From contig NC_086097.1 of the NCBI RefSeq assembly GCF_963921235.1, forward strand, positions 98,148,001-98,212,000: DNA of 64,000 nt, in the 5' to 3' direction. The translations under genes and the position numbers were made by a program. Shown in pieces: positions 12,930-26,709 of this stretch (position 1 is its first letter; the number at the start of each line of letters is the position of its first letter). This DNA is from Mobula hypostoma (lineage: Eukaryota). The notes under the pieces were generated by a model that saw nothing but the letters and a program-made list of their open reading frames with translations, was not told where the DNA came from and did no database searches.

Positions 12930-13290
12930 ATTGCCCCTCCTTCATATTTCCCATTCCTTTTCCCTCACTCACCTTATCTCTGTACCTGCCCATCACGTCT
13001 GGTGCACCACCCCCTTTTCTTTCTTCCATGGCCTTCTGTTCTCTCTTATCAGATTCCCCTTTCTCCAGCCCTTTATCTCGATCTCCAATCAACTTCCCTG
13101 CTCTTTACTTCCTCCCTCCCCCTTTCCTGGTTTCACCTATCACCTCGTGCATCTTCCTCCCTCCCCCCCCACCACTCCCACCTTCTGACTCCTCATCTTT
13201 TATTCTCCAGACATCTCAGCCTGAAATACCAACTATACTCTCTTCTGTAGATGCTGCCTGCCCTGCTGGGTTCCTCCAGGATTTTGTGTG
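12930..13290 (+). mobile_element. Penelope-like element terminal remnant
   Basis: Pyrimidine-rich tract and gatgctgcctg..ctccag..tttgtgtg end shared with the GIY-YIG-bearing copies at 28896-30047 and 48150-49170. Confidence 0.6.
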
Positions 13291-14544
13291 TTACAGAATA
13301 CTTGTCTTTATCTTTTAATAATATTGTGTTAAATTATTGTATATGATATTCAATATTGATAATTGGTATGTGATATATGTACTGTGTTTTTCATCTTGGT
13401 CTCTGAGGAATGTTGCTTCGTTTACCTGTATACATGTGTATGATTGAATGACAATAAACTGAAACTTGAATCTGAAATCCAGAAATACCTTCACATGAAA
13501 GGTGGTGCACAATTTGATTTCTCTTTCTGAAAAAAGTCTACAAAAAAAGTCCTGCCAAAGGGTCGTGGCCCGAAACATCGACTGTACTTTTTCCATAGAT
13601 GCTGCCTGGCCTGCTGAGATCCTTCAGCATTTTGTGTGTGTTGTTCAGATTTCCAGCATCTGCAGATTCTCTCGTTTGTGAAAATGTACAAATGCCTGAC
13701 CAGTCAAGGTTCTCAGTTTTTATTCTTGTTAGGTGGTGTCATACAGAGGAGAAAAAGAACAATTGGTATTGTGAATGGATCAGTCTAGACCAGTGGTGGA
13801 ACAGGTTTGAAGTGTTTGTACTTCTGTCTTCCTCTAGCTTTGTGCTGCAGTTTTTGAGAAAGATAAAGCACTTCCTGGAAGAGCTTGTAGGGTCCAAACA
13901 GTCTGATGATAGCTGTCTGACATCATTCAACCTAGCAATGTGTAGCAGCTAGTGCTATTGGCCAGAAGGGGCAGACTAGTGAACTGTGTGGTTTACTTTC
14001 CAGACGTTGGTGTTGGCGCATCCTGACAGACTCGTTGTGGGACCACCAACTCACAGTTTCCCACCTCCTGCAGTCCTGTCTATGCTGAGGGTTAGCAGAA
14101 TGTCAGACAATGGGAAGCTGAACTGGGGTGGATATGACACACAGGTTAGTTCCACACCCTTCCTTCATGTTCCAATGTATGTGGGAAGCTCTTTGTTGGA
14201 CCTGTTGTATGCTTTCTATAGAACATCTCTGCAGCTTTTAAAGGAGCAAGACTGACAGTGAAGCTGTATTTGCTGAATTCCAATTTCATTTGCTTTTAAT
14301 CCTCTGAATATTGAACTGAATCTGGTTTGCACCCTGCAGGAAGAAGGCAACTGTTCATTCACATCTTTCCACTGTATCTGGAGGAAGTGGGGACTACTTT
14401 GGATTATCTCTGTGGTGCATTGAGGAGATTGCTGGAGGTTGCCCAGATCTCAGAAATGTAAAGGAGGTTAACAAACACTGCAGCTGGGTAGACCAATGAG
14501 AATTGTGTAGTTTTGATGTCCGAATCTTCAGTCGACAAAGGCCT

Positions 14545-16505
14545 TACCCATGCTCCAAAGAGAGGCATATCATAGAGCAAAAATTAGTGGGAAGTTCGAG
14601 GATTGAGAAGCTTTTAAAAATCAACAGAAGGCAACGAGAAAGGTCATTAAGAAAGTAAAGATGGAATATGAAAGTCTGCTGGCCAATAATATTAATGAGG
14701 ATACCAAATGTTTCTTCAGATACATGAAGTGTAAAAGAGAGGCAAGAGTGGATATCAGAAAACAATGCTGGAGAGGTAGTAATGGGGGACAATAAAATGG
14801 CGGAAGAACTGAGCAAGTATTTTGCATCAGTCTTCATTGTGGAAGACACTAACAGTACGATGGATGTTCCAGGTGTCGGGATCATGAAGTGTGCGAAATC
14901 ACCATTACTAGATAGTAGGTTCTTGGGAAACTGAAAGGTCTGAAGGTTAAAAAAAAAATCTGGGGGTAAACCCTGCACCCTAGGGTTCTGAAAGAGGTGG
15001 CTGAAGAGATTGTGGAGGAATTAGTAATGATCTTTCAAGAATCACTAGATTCTGGAGTGGTTCCAGAAGACCAGAAAATTGCAAATGTCATTCCACTCTT
15101 CAAGAAGGGAGAGAGGCAGAAGGAAGGAAACTATAGGCCAGTTAGTCTGACCTTAGTGGTTGGGAAGATGTTGGAGTTGATTATTAAGGATGAAGTTTCA
15201 GGATACTGGGAGGCACATGATAAAATAGGCCACAGTCAGCATGGCTTCCTCAAGGGAAAATCTTGCCTGACAAATCTGTTGGAATTCTTTGAAATAACAC
15301 GCAGGATAGACAAAGGGGGTTTGGTTGATGTGTACTTGGATTTTCAGGCAGCCTTTTACAAAGTGCCACACGTGAGGCTGCTTAACAAGCTACGATCCCA
15401 GGGTATTACAGAAAAGATTCCAGCGTGGATAAAGCAGTGGCTGATTGGCAGGAGCCAATAAGTGGGAATAAAGGGAGCCTTTTCTGGTTGGCTGCTGGTG
15501 ACTAGTGGTATTCCACAGGGGTCTGTGTTGGAACCAATTCTTTTTACATTCTATGTCAGTGATTTGGATGATGGAATTCATGGCTTTATTACAAGGTTTG
15601 CAAATGATATGAAGATGGGTGGAGGTGCAAGTAGTTTTGAGGAAATAGAAAGGTGACAGAAGTACTTAGATTAGGAGAATGGGCAAAGAAATGTCAGATG
15701 GAATACAGTGTCGGGAAGTGTATGGCCATGCACTTCAGTAGAAGAAATCAAAGGGCTGACTACTTTCTAAATGGAGACAAAATACAAAAAGCTGACACAC
15801 AAAGGGACTTGGGAGTCCTTCTGCAGGATTCCCTAAAGGTTAGTTTGCAGGTTGAGTGTGTGGTGAGGAAGGCAAATGCAATGTTAGTATACATTTCAAG
15901 AGGACTAGAATATAAAAGCAAGGATGTAATGTTGAGACTTTATAAAGCATTGCTGAAGCCCAACTTGGAGTATTGTGAGCAGCATTGGGCCCCTTATCTT
16001 AGAAAGGACGTGCTGAAAATAGAGAAGATTCAAAGGAGAATCACAAAAGTAATTCCAGGATTGACTGCTTATCATATGAAAAGCGTTTGAAAACTCTGGG
16101 CCTGTGTTCACTGGAATTCAGTAGACTGAGGTGTGACCTCATTGAAACCTATAGAATAGCAAAAAGGCCTTGATAGAGTGGATGTGGAGGGGATGTTTCC
16201 TATGTTTCCTAGAGTCTAAGTCCAGAGGACACTGCCTCAGAATAGAGGGACGTCCTTTCAGAACAGAGATAAGGAGGAATTTCTTTAGCTGGAGAGTGGT
16301 GAATCTGTGGAATTCTTTACCACAGGTGACAGTGAAGGCCAAGTCATTGGGTATATTTAAAGTGGAGCTTGATGCATTCTTGATTAGTAAGGGGTAATGA
16401 AAAGGAGACAGGAAAATGGGGTTGAGAGGGATAGCAAATCAGCCATGATGGAAAGGTGGAGCAGACTTGATGAACCAAACTCTGCTCCTATGTCTTGTGG
16501 TTCAA
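14545..16505 (+). mobile_element. CR1 LINE, degenerate ORF2
   Basis: ANVIPLFKKG..GNYRPVSLT, SQHGFLKGKSCLTNL, TSGIPQGSVL and a CR1 3' end; many stops and frameshifts. Confidence 0.92.
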
Positions 16506-19500
16506 AATTCTGGAGGAAATGAGCAGGTCAGGAATAAACAGTCGACATTTTGGGTCCAGATGAAGGGTCTTAGCCAGAAACATTGACCGTGTATTCATAG
16601 ATGCTCTCTGATTTGCTGAGTTTCTTCAGCATTCTGTGCAAGTTACTATTAGAGCTCAGCTCCAGATGCTGTGCCAGCTGGGATCTTCTGGTGGTCAGCT
16701 ATTTTAATTCTATTTTGCATTGCCACACTATAATGTCTGTCCACAGCCTGGATGAAAGCTACGTGTTAAAGAGGACCAGTATCTCATTCTGCCTGGGAAG
16801 TGTCCAACCAGGCAGGACCGACTTTGAATTCTAACTGCTGGTAGTCGCTCCCCCGTCCCTTCTCCCCTTTTTTCCCCCCATTGCTCTCCCCTGCTGATCC
16901 AACTGACCCCCCTTCACCCTTTCTATTCCCCCCCCCCACTCACCCTCACCATCCGCTCGTCACTCCTCCTACTGGCTCTTCAGTCTCCCTCCCTTTACCC
17001 CGTTCTCCATCGTCTTCTCCTATCAAATTCCAGCCTCTTCAGCTCTTTGCTGCTCCCAACTATCACACACTCACCTATCACCTTTTGCTCCACGCCTTTC
17101 ATACCGGCCAGCTCCCCCAACTCAACCCAAAATTTCAACTAACTCTCCATAGACGCTGCCCGACCTGTAGAATTCCTCCAGCACCTTTGTGTGTTGTTTT
17201 GTATGGTGGGAAGAGGTTGGTATAGGACCTTTGAGTTACAAGTGTTAAGTAAGTGCCCATCTCATTCTACCTGGGAAGTATCCAACCAGGCAGTACGGAC
17301 TTTGAATTCTAACTGCTGGTACGCTTCATACCCCTTGCTGAATTTCCTCATAGTCGCTCCAACAATATTAATACATTTTTCTGTGGTTTCTAATTTCTGC
17401 TGCATTTTCTCTAACTCTCTTACTAAATTCCCATGGAGTCCTTATAACCCTTCCCATTAAATTCCCTTGCAATCCCTTAATTACGTTTACTGAATTCCTT
17501 GTTAAACCTCCTATAAATTCCTATTGCAATCCCTGGAATTTTCTTGTTGCAACCACAAACACTCCCACTTGAGTCCTGATAACATTCTAACTAAACTCCC
17601 TTATAGTTCCTCTAGTTCTTCCTAAATGTCCTTTCTATTATGTATTTTAAAAATTTATATAACTACCAATGCTTACTAAATTTCCCTGCAACTTCAATAA
17701 TTCGAAACAAGAACAGAGGGGCACAACGATTCGAAGTATATTTATTATCAAAGTATGTGTACAGTATACAACCCCCAGGTTCGTCCTCTCCACAGACAGC
17801 CACCAAACATAGAAAACTATGGAACTCATTCAAAAAAATCAACACCCCCCACCACATGCAAAAAGAATTGCACAAATGACAACAAAAAAACCCAGCTAAA
17901 AACACAGAATATCAAACACAAAACTGAAAGAGTCCATATTCAGTTCAGTACCTGCAGGACACCCCGATCAAAATCACCCAAAAATAGCAACATGGAAAAA
18001 AAGGAGCAGCCAGGAGTCAGAAACACAGCACAATGAAAACTACAGACAGTGGCGGCGCCAGAGATTTTTTCTTGCTGGTACTACGGAGGGGCTGAATTAT
18101 TCAGTGATGGTGCTGAGGGATGTACTGTATGGTAATATGTATTCGCAAGGCCAGACGCGAGGCGTTAAAAAGTCAGTTTCAAGCATTATGTGCCTACTAT
18201 AAATACCACTGTTGATTCACAAGCAACAGCAATTGATAGATATAATATAGAAGTGAACTGTTACAGTGTCAAAGGCATTGGAAACAACCTGGGCTACACG
18301 GAGCATAAACAACAAAAGCAAACAGAGCATCCGAGCAACAGCAGACAACGTGAATCAGACACCAATCCCACAATCAGCGTCAAATGCGTGCTTTTCAACA
18401 CCAACCCACTGCTATTCGCATTACATAGACAGCAATGCCAAAAGGTATACCGTTATTAAAGTCAAATAAGGCAAACAACAGATGCAAGGCTTTACCAGGA
18501 GTTGGACAAATCGTACTCTGACCATGCAATACCTCAATTAATTCGGCTATTGAATTTAAACAAAAATAAACAGAATCTGCTTGGAAGTCTAAGCAAAACC
18601 AGTAGGCTTAATAGCAGTAAATGTAATATTTTAGGATTTGCAGGAAACATAAGGACTATGGGGTATCCACCACAAAATAGTAACAATAATCAGCATTAGT
18701 CTTGGCCCAAATTTTTTAAGAAATCAACTGCACTCACCATTAATGTTTTCAGAGAAGCACAATCCGTCTGTTGTTGTGATCGTGGGCAACAGAGTTTGAA
18801 AAGAAGTTGTAAAGCAGCTGCACAGTTTCAAAAAACTCACCCGCTCGTGATACATTGTTCACAACATCCACTAACACAAGATTAAGTCTGTGAGCATGGC
18901 AGTGTATATATAATGCCTGCGGGACCTCTTTCCTGAACCTCTCTTGTACCCTGTTATTGCACCCAGAGATCACTGCCACCCCGTCATAACACTGACCTAT
19001 ACACGCGTTCTTATCAATAACACACTGGGCAAGTGTCTGTTCAATGCTTTTAAGAAGCGACTCTGCGTCCAACCCTTCTGCTGGAGTGAAGTGCAAGAAT
19101 TCTTCAAGCACTGTTTCGTTACTCAAATACCGCACCACCACTGATATTTGCTCCTTTTTACTCAAGTCTTTACTTTCATCCACCATGATGGCAAAATATC
19201 CAGCCTCCTTGATTTCTGCACGTATTTGACGTCTGACCATATCTGCCATAACACCCATAATTTCATTTTGGATATCGTGATGGGTGTTTTTTGCATTTCC
19301 AGGGTTTTCCTCTTGTTTTTTAGCTACAGTCTTATCAAACTTCCCAATTACAGTGAGCAACTCAACAAAGTTTCCCCTATTGCCAGATCCATCATTCTCC
19401 CGGTGTCCTCGCTGGGCAAAGCCTTGGCTCGCAGTACAGCGCAGAGACCCAACCACTGCTCGCATATACTCACGATGTTCTTGGACAATCTTTGCATGTC

Positions 19501-20096
19501 CTTTATCAAGCATATTTCCCAGTCTTGCACCGTCTTGTTTTCTCAATCTGACTTCGGCCCGCGCCTCCATCGCAAACTTATGGGCCGCACTGACACGGTG
19601 GGTTTTGAAAGCTGCTGTCGCTTTCCGCCAGTTGCGGTAACCGGAGACTCAGAATGGAGCCCATGTCCTCCACGCAGGAAATGCCTGCGTGCCAAGCAGA
19701 ATATTCAAACCAGCCACGAATAAAACTCCTTTGCTGATTGCCAGACAGTTCCTCAGGCTGCCGGCGAACAGTATTCCCACTCGCACTGAGACCTTCTCTT
19801 CCCAATCCCGCTCCATTTCCTGTCCCGATCCTCCTCCGATGAACCGCTGCCGTCCTGCATCTCACTTTCCACTCAGACCGGCTCAGGCTGATCCCTCTGG
19901 ATGAGCTCGGCCTCTGACTGACAACCGACCCATTTTTCACGCCCGCCAAAATCGCGCACGTGCCGGGCCCGCGCTCGCGTGTAAAAGCACCACGTGCGCG
20001 TGTGGCATCGGTTCGTCTCGCGAGGCCACGGATCTGCGCCTGGGTGCACTCCCGCGTGAGTGACGTCACCACCTTACGTGATCTTAGATCAGCTGA

Positions 20097-22037
20097 GCAG
20101 CTTAAATTCGAGGATAAATACTATAAAAATGAATATTCTTCCTCGGTTATTATATCTTTTCCGTACTTTACCAGTGGAGGTGGATGATAATCAATTCAGG
20201 GAATGGGACAAATGGATTTCCCGCTTCATTTGGCAAGGAAGGAAACCTAGAATTCGATATAACACCTTACAGTTAGGGAAGGAAGGAGGAGGTATGGTTC
20301 TTCCTTGCCTGAGAAACTATTTTTATGCCTCACAGATAACCCCTCTGTTATATTGGTGTAATAGGGAATATAAGGCTAGATGGAAGGAAATAGAATTTGG
20401 ATTGATAGACAGTTTTCCTCTGCAGGCCTCAATAACTGACAAAGGATTGATGGCCCAGTTGGAAAAATTTAAAAACAGTTGGATAAATCTTACATTAAAA
20501 GTATGGCAGAAGGTGGTTAATTCATGTGGAATTAATAACATGTTAAAACTCTTTAGATGGTGTACGTATGATACCGAATTCCTTCCCAACAGAGGAGATA
20601 AAAGATTTGAGCTATGGATAAAGAAAGGTCTTACAACCTACCTCTCATTTATAGGTAAAAGAGTATTACAAAGTTTCCAAATCCTGCAGGACAAACATGG
20701 CCTAGAACATAATGACTTCTTTAGGTACCTTCAAGTACGAAACTATGTTAACCAGAGTTGTAGATATACAGACCTATCAACAGTAGAATTAGAATTTTTC
20801 AAGATTCTGAATTAGGCTTGCAGTTCAATACCTAGTAAATCAGTTTCTCGAGTATATAATGCACTCGCCCATGCTAAAAATGTAAATACACTGTATATTA
20901 AAGAGAAGTGGGAGAAAGAAGCGGGGTTGGTACTTTCAGAGGAGGCTTGGGGGAAAATCTGCAGCTTTCAATGGTCTTCGACTAATTCTTTGACTTGGAG
21001 AGAACATTGTTGGAAAAACATTATAAGATACTTCAAGACCCCATATCAAGAAAAATATAAAGATACAAATGTGACGTGTTGGAGAAGGTGCGGCTCCAAG
21101 GAGGCAAATCATTTTCATATTTTCTGGGATTGTCCTAAATTAAGTCTATATTGGGAAGGTATTCATAGAACATTAGTTAAGGTACTTAGGTCCCAGATAC
21201 CTCTGAACTTTGAGACGCTCTATTTGGGGCATGTATTGTTTCTTGAACAGAAGGAAGATATAAAGTTGCTGCAGGCCCTCTTAGCGGCAAGTAAGAAATC
21301 AATCACTAGAAAGTGGCTAAACCCAATACCACCTATATTAGAAGATTGGCATGAAATTATCTTGGAAGTATTTAAAATTGAAAAGTTGATTTACTCCCTG
21401 AGAATTCAAAAAGAAAAAATTTATCAAATCTGGAATAAATGGATTGAATATATAACCCCAATGCGAGCAGACTTTAGATGACTCTCCTAATGATTTATAC
21501 TGCTCTTCTCATCAACACAGTAATATTGCTAACGTAAGCACCCCTAGTCTAACTGTCTTTTTTTTTTGTTTTCTTTTGGAAAATAGAGAATTAACACAAG
21601 TAAAGGGAAAGATTTGGGAAAGGGATAAAAAATGAAAAAATTAAGTAAATAAGTACATAGGGATTGGATAATTATGTCTGCGGGCAGGAGCAAGCATGAA
21701 CAAATTAGGATATAAACACCTACAATGGTTGTTACATAGGCTTATATACAACATTTTGGACCAGTGGAAATGGTCCAGAAGAGTTATATGGAAACTATTA
21801 TTACCATTTTTCTTAACAACTAATACCATTACTTAGCCTAATAGATTAGAATTAGCACAGTACATAATTATCTATTTAAGTGTCTAATTTCCTTTTATAT
21901 CATCTCAATGTGTACTTAAGAATGTATAAATAATTATAGTTTTATACGTATAAAAAATGGAAAAGGTTATATGTGTGAAAAAAGTACATGATATTTGTGA
22001 ATTCCTTATCCAAATAAAAATAAAATTTAAAAAAGAA
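20097..22037 (+). mobile_element. L1-clade LINE, 5'-truncated, nested in the hAT
   Basis: SRINTIKMNILPRLLYLF and C-terminal CWRRCG..HIFWDCP; AATAAA plus A tail; 11-bp TSD AGATCAGCTGA at 20086-20096 and 22038-22048; internal TAG 20813-20815. Confidence 0.92.
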
Positions 22038-22172
22038 AGATCAGCTGAACTGATCTGAGGACAGCAACGGCGAGACATTGACAATGAACGAGGTGTACAG
22101 TGGATCTGACAGAGTTTACAACTTTTTTGCTGCGTGGGTGCTGTGGTAATTGGGAATGCTGTTTCACTAGAT

Positions 22173-23582
22173 CAAGGGTCCCCAACCTTTTTTGCGCTGC
22201 GGACCGGTTTAAGATTGACAATATTCTTGCGGATCGGCCGACCCGGGGGCGGTGGGGGGGATAGGGTTGCCAACGGACAAGAGTAGTGTTTGCCCCTAGT
22301 AAGACTACAATGACCATGAAGCCTTGCGCGGGTACCAGTGCGCATGTGTGTACCTACCGGTATTATTCTCTGCAACGTGCATCAAAGTTACTGGTGAACG
22401 CAGCAGGCCAAGCAGCATCTATAGGAAGAGGTGCAGTCGACTAACGTTAGTCCTGACGAAGGGTCTCGGCCTGAAACGTCGACTGCACCTCTTCCTATAG
22501 ATGCTGCTTGGCCTGCTGCGTTCACCAGCAACTTTGATGTACGTTACTTGAATTTCCAGCATCTGCAGAATTCCTGTTATTCTCTGCAAATCGTTTTTGG
22601 CGATTCTGTTCAGGGGTGGGGGGGGTGTTAATTACGACCGGAATATTGGTAATAAGTGGCTAATACACTCAATTTCGTTTCTAAAAGGGTTTATCTAACA
22701 AATTTAATATTAAACACACAACGCTTATTTTCCTCGCATGAATATAGTGATAAGTCAATTATCAGGGGAGGACAGGGGAGCTTGAAGTAAGTGTTGAAAG
22801 AACTTCCAGTAGAAGTGGTAGAGGCAGGTTCGATATTATCATTTAAAGAAAAATTGGATAGCTATATGGACAGGAAAGGAATGGAGGGTTATGGGCTGAG
22901 TGCAGGTCGGTGAGACTAGGTAAGAGTAGCTTTCGGCACGGACTAGAAGGGCCGAGATCGCCTATTTCCGTGCTGTAATTGTTATATAGTTATATAAGTC
23001 ACTTATAATAGCATCATAACATTTTAATTAACGTTTGGATATTAAACATACAGTGCATATTTTCCTTGTATGAACATATAAAATCATTGCAACGCACCAA
23101 TATCGCTGTATCAGTGGGAGCCCTGGGCTTGTTTCCCTGGAACAAGACGGTCCCATCGAGGGGTGATGGGAGACAGCGACACTCGAATGGGTTCCTTATG
23201 TCCAGTCTATTCCACAATTTAGTTTTCGTTACATTCATCGCAGAGATAAGTTGGAAATGGAAGCAATGTTTTTAGTGCTTCCGTAGCTATCTCAGCATAT
23301 TCAGCCTTGACTTTGATCCAGAATGCCGGCAGAGATGTTATGTCAAACACTTTTCAGCCCGCTGTCATTTGCAAGCTTGAGGAGTTGATCTCCTTCCCGC
23401 ATTGACATGGGTGACGCGCGGGTAATGACCTCACGTGCGTGATGGCTCAACAGTGGCCGTGACTGGGAATGAAGAAAGGTGCAGCTGACTCATATCGCCA
23501 AATCATATCGTTTCGCCACGGCCCGGTAGCGCATGCATTGCGGCCCGGTACCAGTCCGCGGCCCGGTGGTTGGGGACCGCTG
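22173..23582 (-). mobile_element. Non-autonomous hAT-Charlie-like element nested in the hAT
   Basis: TIRs CAAGGGTCCCCAACC / GGTTGGGGACCGCTG; 8-bp TSD CACTAGAT at 22165-22172 and 23583-23590; minus-strand transposase C-terminal relic (..NRLDIRNP..KQAQGSH*); CR1 tail piece at ~22790-22995. Confidence 0.88.
22376..22576 (+). mobile_element. Penelope-like fold-back fragment with a minimal hammerhead ribozyme core
   Basis: Inverted arms ~22375-22441 / 22478-22544; CTGACGA-agggtctcggcct-GAAA-cgtcgac at 22453-22483; 13-bp TSD TTATTCTCTGCAA at 22363-22375 and 22577-22589. Confidence 0.75.
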
Positions 23583-24011
23583 CACTAGATCAACTGGAGA
23601 AACAAGCTGTATTCAAAACTATACAGAGAAAGCAAAGCAGCTGCAGTTAATTTCTTGGTGGTGCTATTGCAATTTCTGCTGGGGCTATAGCCCCACCTAG
23701 CACCACCCCTGGGGACCTCTTCTATGGACACGTAAACTGATGAGACTGCGGATTATTACTGGTTTTGCGGGGCGGGGAACACACTGTGGAGGCGGTTAAA
23801 TCCCTTTAGCGTGTCAGTTTCCTCTGCAGACGAAACCGCAATCAATTGGGCCTAGTGCTGCTTTATTTAGATTGCTCGACGGCAACAGTGCGCTGTCGAG
23901 TCATGTGTATCTGTACAGATAATTTGTTAACGTGCCCTGCCCTCTATTGACGGTAAAGGCTGGACTTGCATCACTCTCTTCATGAGCCTATTTCGTGTTC
24001 CATTATTTTAG

Positions 24012-25079
<1,068 letters not shown>

Positions 25080-25121
25080 GTAAGAGAACCTCTATTTCAT
25101 CTTCTTCCAGCTTCTTGCTTT

Positions 25122-25957
25122 TGTGACGACAAACCAAGTTATCAGACGATTGATGCTAATGAGAGAGATAAAGGAGACAATGGAGAAACGTTCAAAATGT
25201 TAATGAGAGAGGAGAGAGATAACGGAAAAGAAACACAATTCAGAATATTGACAGACCGGTTGCTTTGAACCTAAACTGTTTGAAGTTTGATGGACAGGCG
25301 ATACCCCAGCAGGGGGATAAAAAGAACAGGTTCGCTAGGCACGGGACACACCACGAGATCACGAGATAACGAGACCCTGGAAGAGCGGTGTGCCCCCACA
25401 AGTTGGTTGGTGTTTGGAGGTCCAGTTCGCGGGAACTGACCATAGACTCACAGGGTGAAAAGGTACGATCGGTGGGAACCTGGTGTGTGTGTCCGCCCTT
25501 GCCTGGGTGCCAGGTTCACCGCGGAAGAACGGTTGTATCCGGAACGGAGGGGTCACAGTCGGTGACCACAGCGGGATAGAAGACATAAAAGGGTCCGCCC
25601 AAAACCAACTGCGAAGAACTTTAAAGGTCTGCTTCAATCAAATTTGCATCTCTCTCTCTCTCTCTCCAACGGCACAACAGCGATTACTGCGAACTATACT
25701 AAGCTGAACTGAACTCTGCGTCACTTAAGACTGATCATTTTACCCCTAGACTGCGATAGAGCTTGGATGATTCCTATTACCCTAGTTCTGTGTACATGTG
25801 TGTTTTATCATTGCTAACCCAATGCATTTATATCCTTACGATTAGAGTACTGTGTTACTTATTTCTTTAATAAAACTTTATTAGATCCTAGTAATCCAGA
25901 TTCCAACCAGCGTTCAATTTCTGCTGGTTTGGCAACCCAGTTACGGGGTACGTAACA
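25122..25957 (+). mobile_element. Solo LTR (836 bp)
   Basis: TGTGACG...CGTAACA termini; 4-bp TSD CTTT at 25118-25121 and 25958-25961; AATAAA 25869-25874. Confidence 0.85.
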
Positions 25958-26709
25958 CTTTTAAAAACCAGCATAATTTATATTCTCTGAAAGACTTTCT
26001 TCAGATTATTGTTTATGGGACTATTCTCTGTTTCCTCCCATTGATTGACGGAAGGGGTTGGTGCTCGCCCGTGACTTGGTCAAGTGTTCGATTAGACTGT
26101 GTAGTGATTGGATTTAAAACACAGGGTAAGAACTGGAGCTGTTACTTGGGGTCACTGTAGTCTGGCAGCAATAAAGTGGCCAGGAAACTGATGATGGTGC
26201 CACACATCTTAATACTACTCTGAGTAACACCAACTCTTATCGATCAATTTGAGAATTTCCATTATTGTGTTATGTAGAAGTAATATTTCAGCGCTGCTTG
26301 TCCTGGTAAAGCAGGTTCCTACAGGGAAGACCGATTGTTTACTCTGTCAGTGGTCAATCCGTTCTGGTTCTCCCATTATGTTCCCAGTTCAGTGTAGTGG
26401 TTCGATTTTTACCAATTTTGTTTTCTTGTTAACAAGAACGATGATATCTGAATAATTCGCATGAAATATTCACTTTTCTTTACAACACTTCACAATGACT
26501 TTCCTTCACTCACAAGGTCAGAAGGAAATGTGTTGGCTGATGCTCAGCATCTTTCACAGCCGCTAGATAACGAAGCAGTACACACCCAAAATCCAGACAA
26601 TTCTGAGGTCTGGGCCAGTAGGTGGCAAGTAACACTCGACAAATGTCAGACAATGACAGTATTCCGCAAGAGGAAATCCAACACGCCTCTCCTATATGTA
26701 ATGGCATTG

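Larger units (their letters stand above)
18047..23712 (-). mobile_element. hAT DNA transposon (ZMYM1/DUF4371-type transposase remnant) hosting nested insertions
   Basis: Left terminus CAGTGGCGGCGCCAG 18047-18061; minus ORF 18749-19570 (RGHRE..NRGNFVELL, FAIMVDESKDLSKKEQ, GQCYDG, YIHCHAHRLNL); right end breaks off at ..cacccctgg 23712. Confidence 0.85.

Noticed and set aside
16785..17320. ~60-bp repeat at ~16785 and ~17262 as a novel element
   Set aside because: Lies within Penelope-like debris, where partial tandem ends are expected
18749..19570. ZMYM1-like host gene
   Set aside because: Lies inside hAT termini, is truncated and has nested insertions, so it is a transposase relic
23736..23800. 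DETADYYW plus cacactg as an immunoglobulin V-segment end with RSS
   Set aside because: No YYC cysteine, no V-domain upstream, and no nonamer at 12/23 spacing
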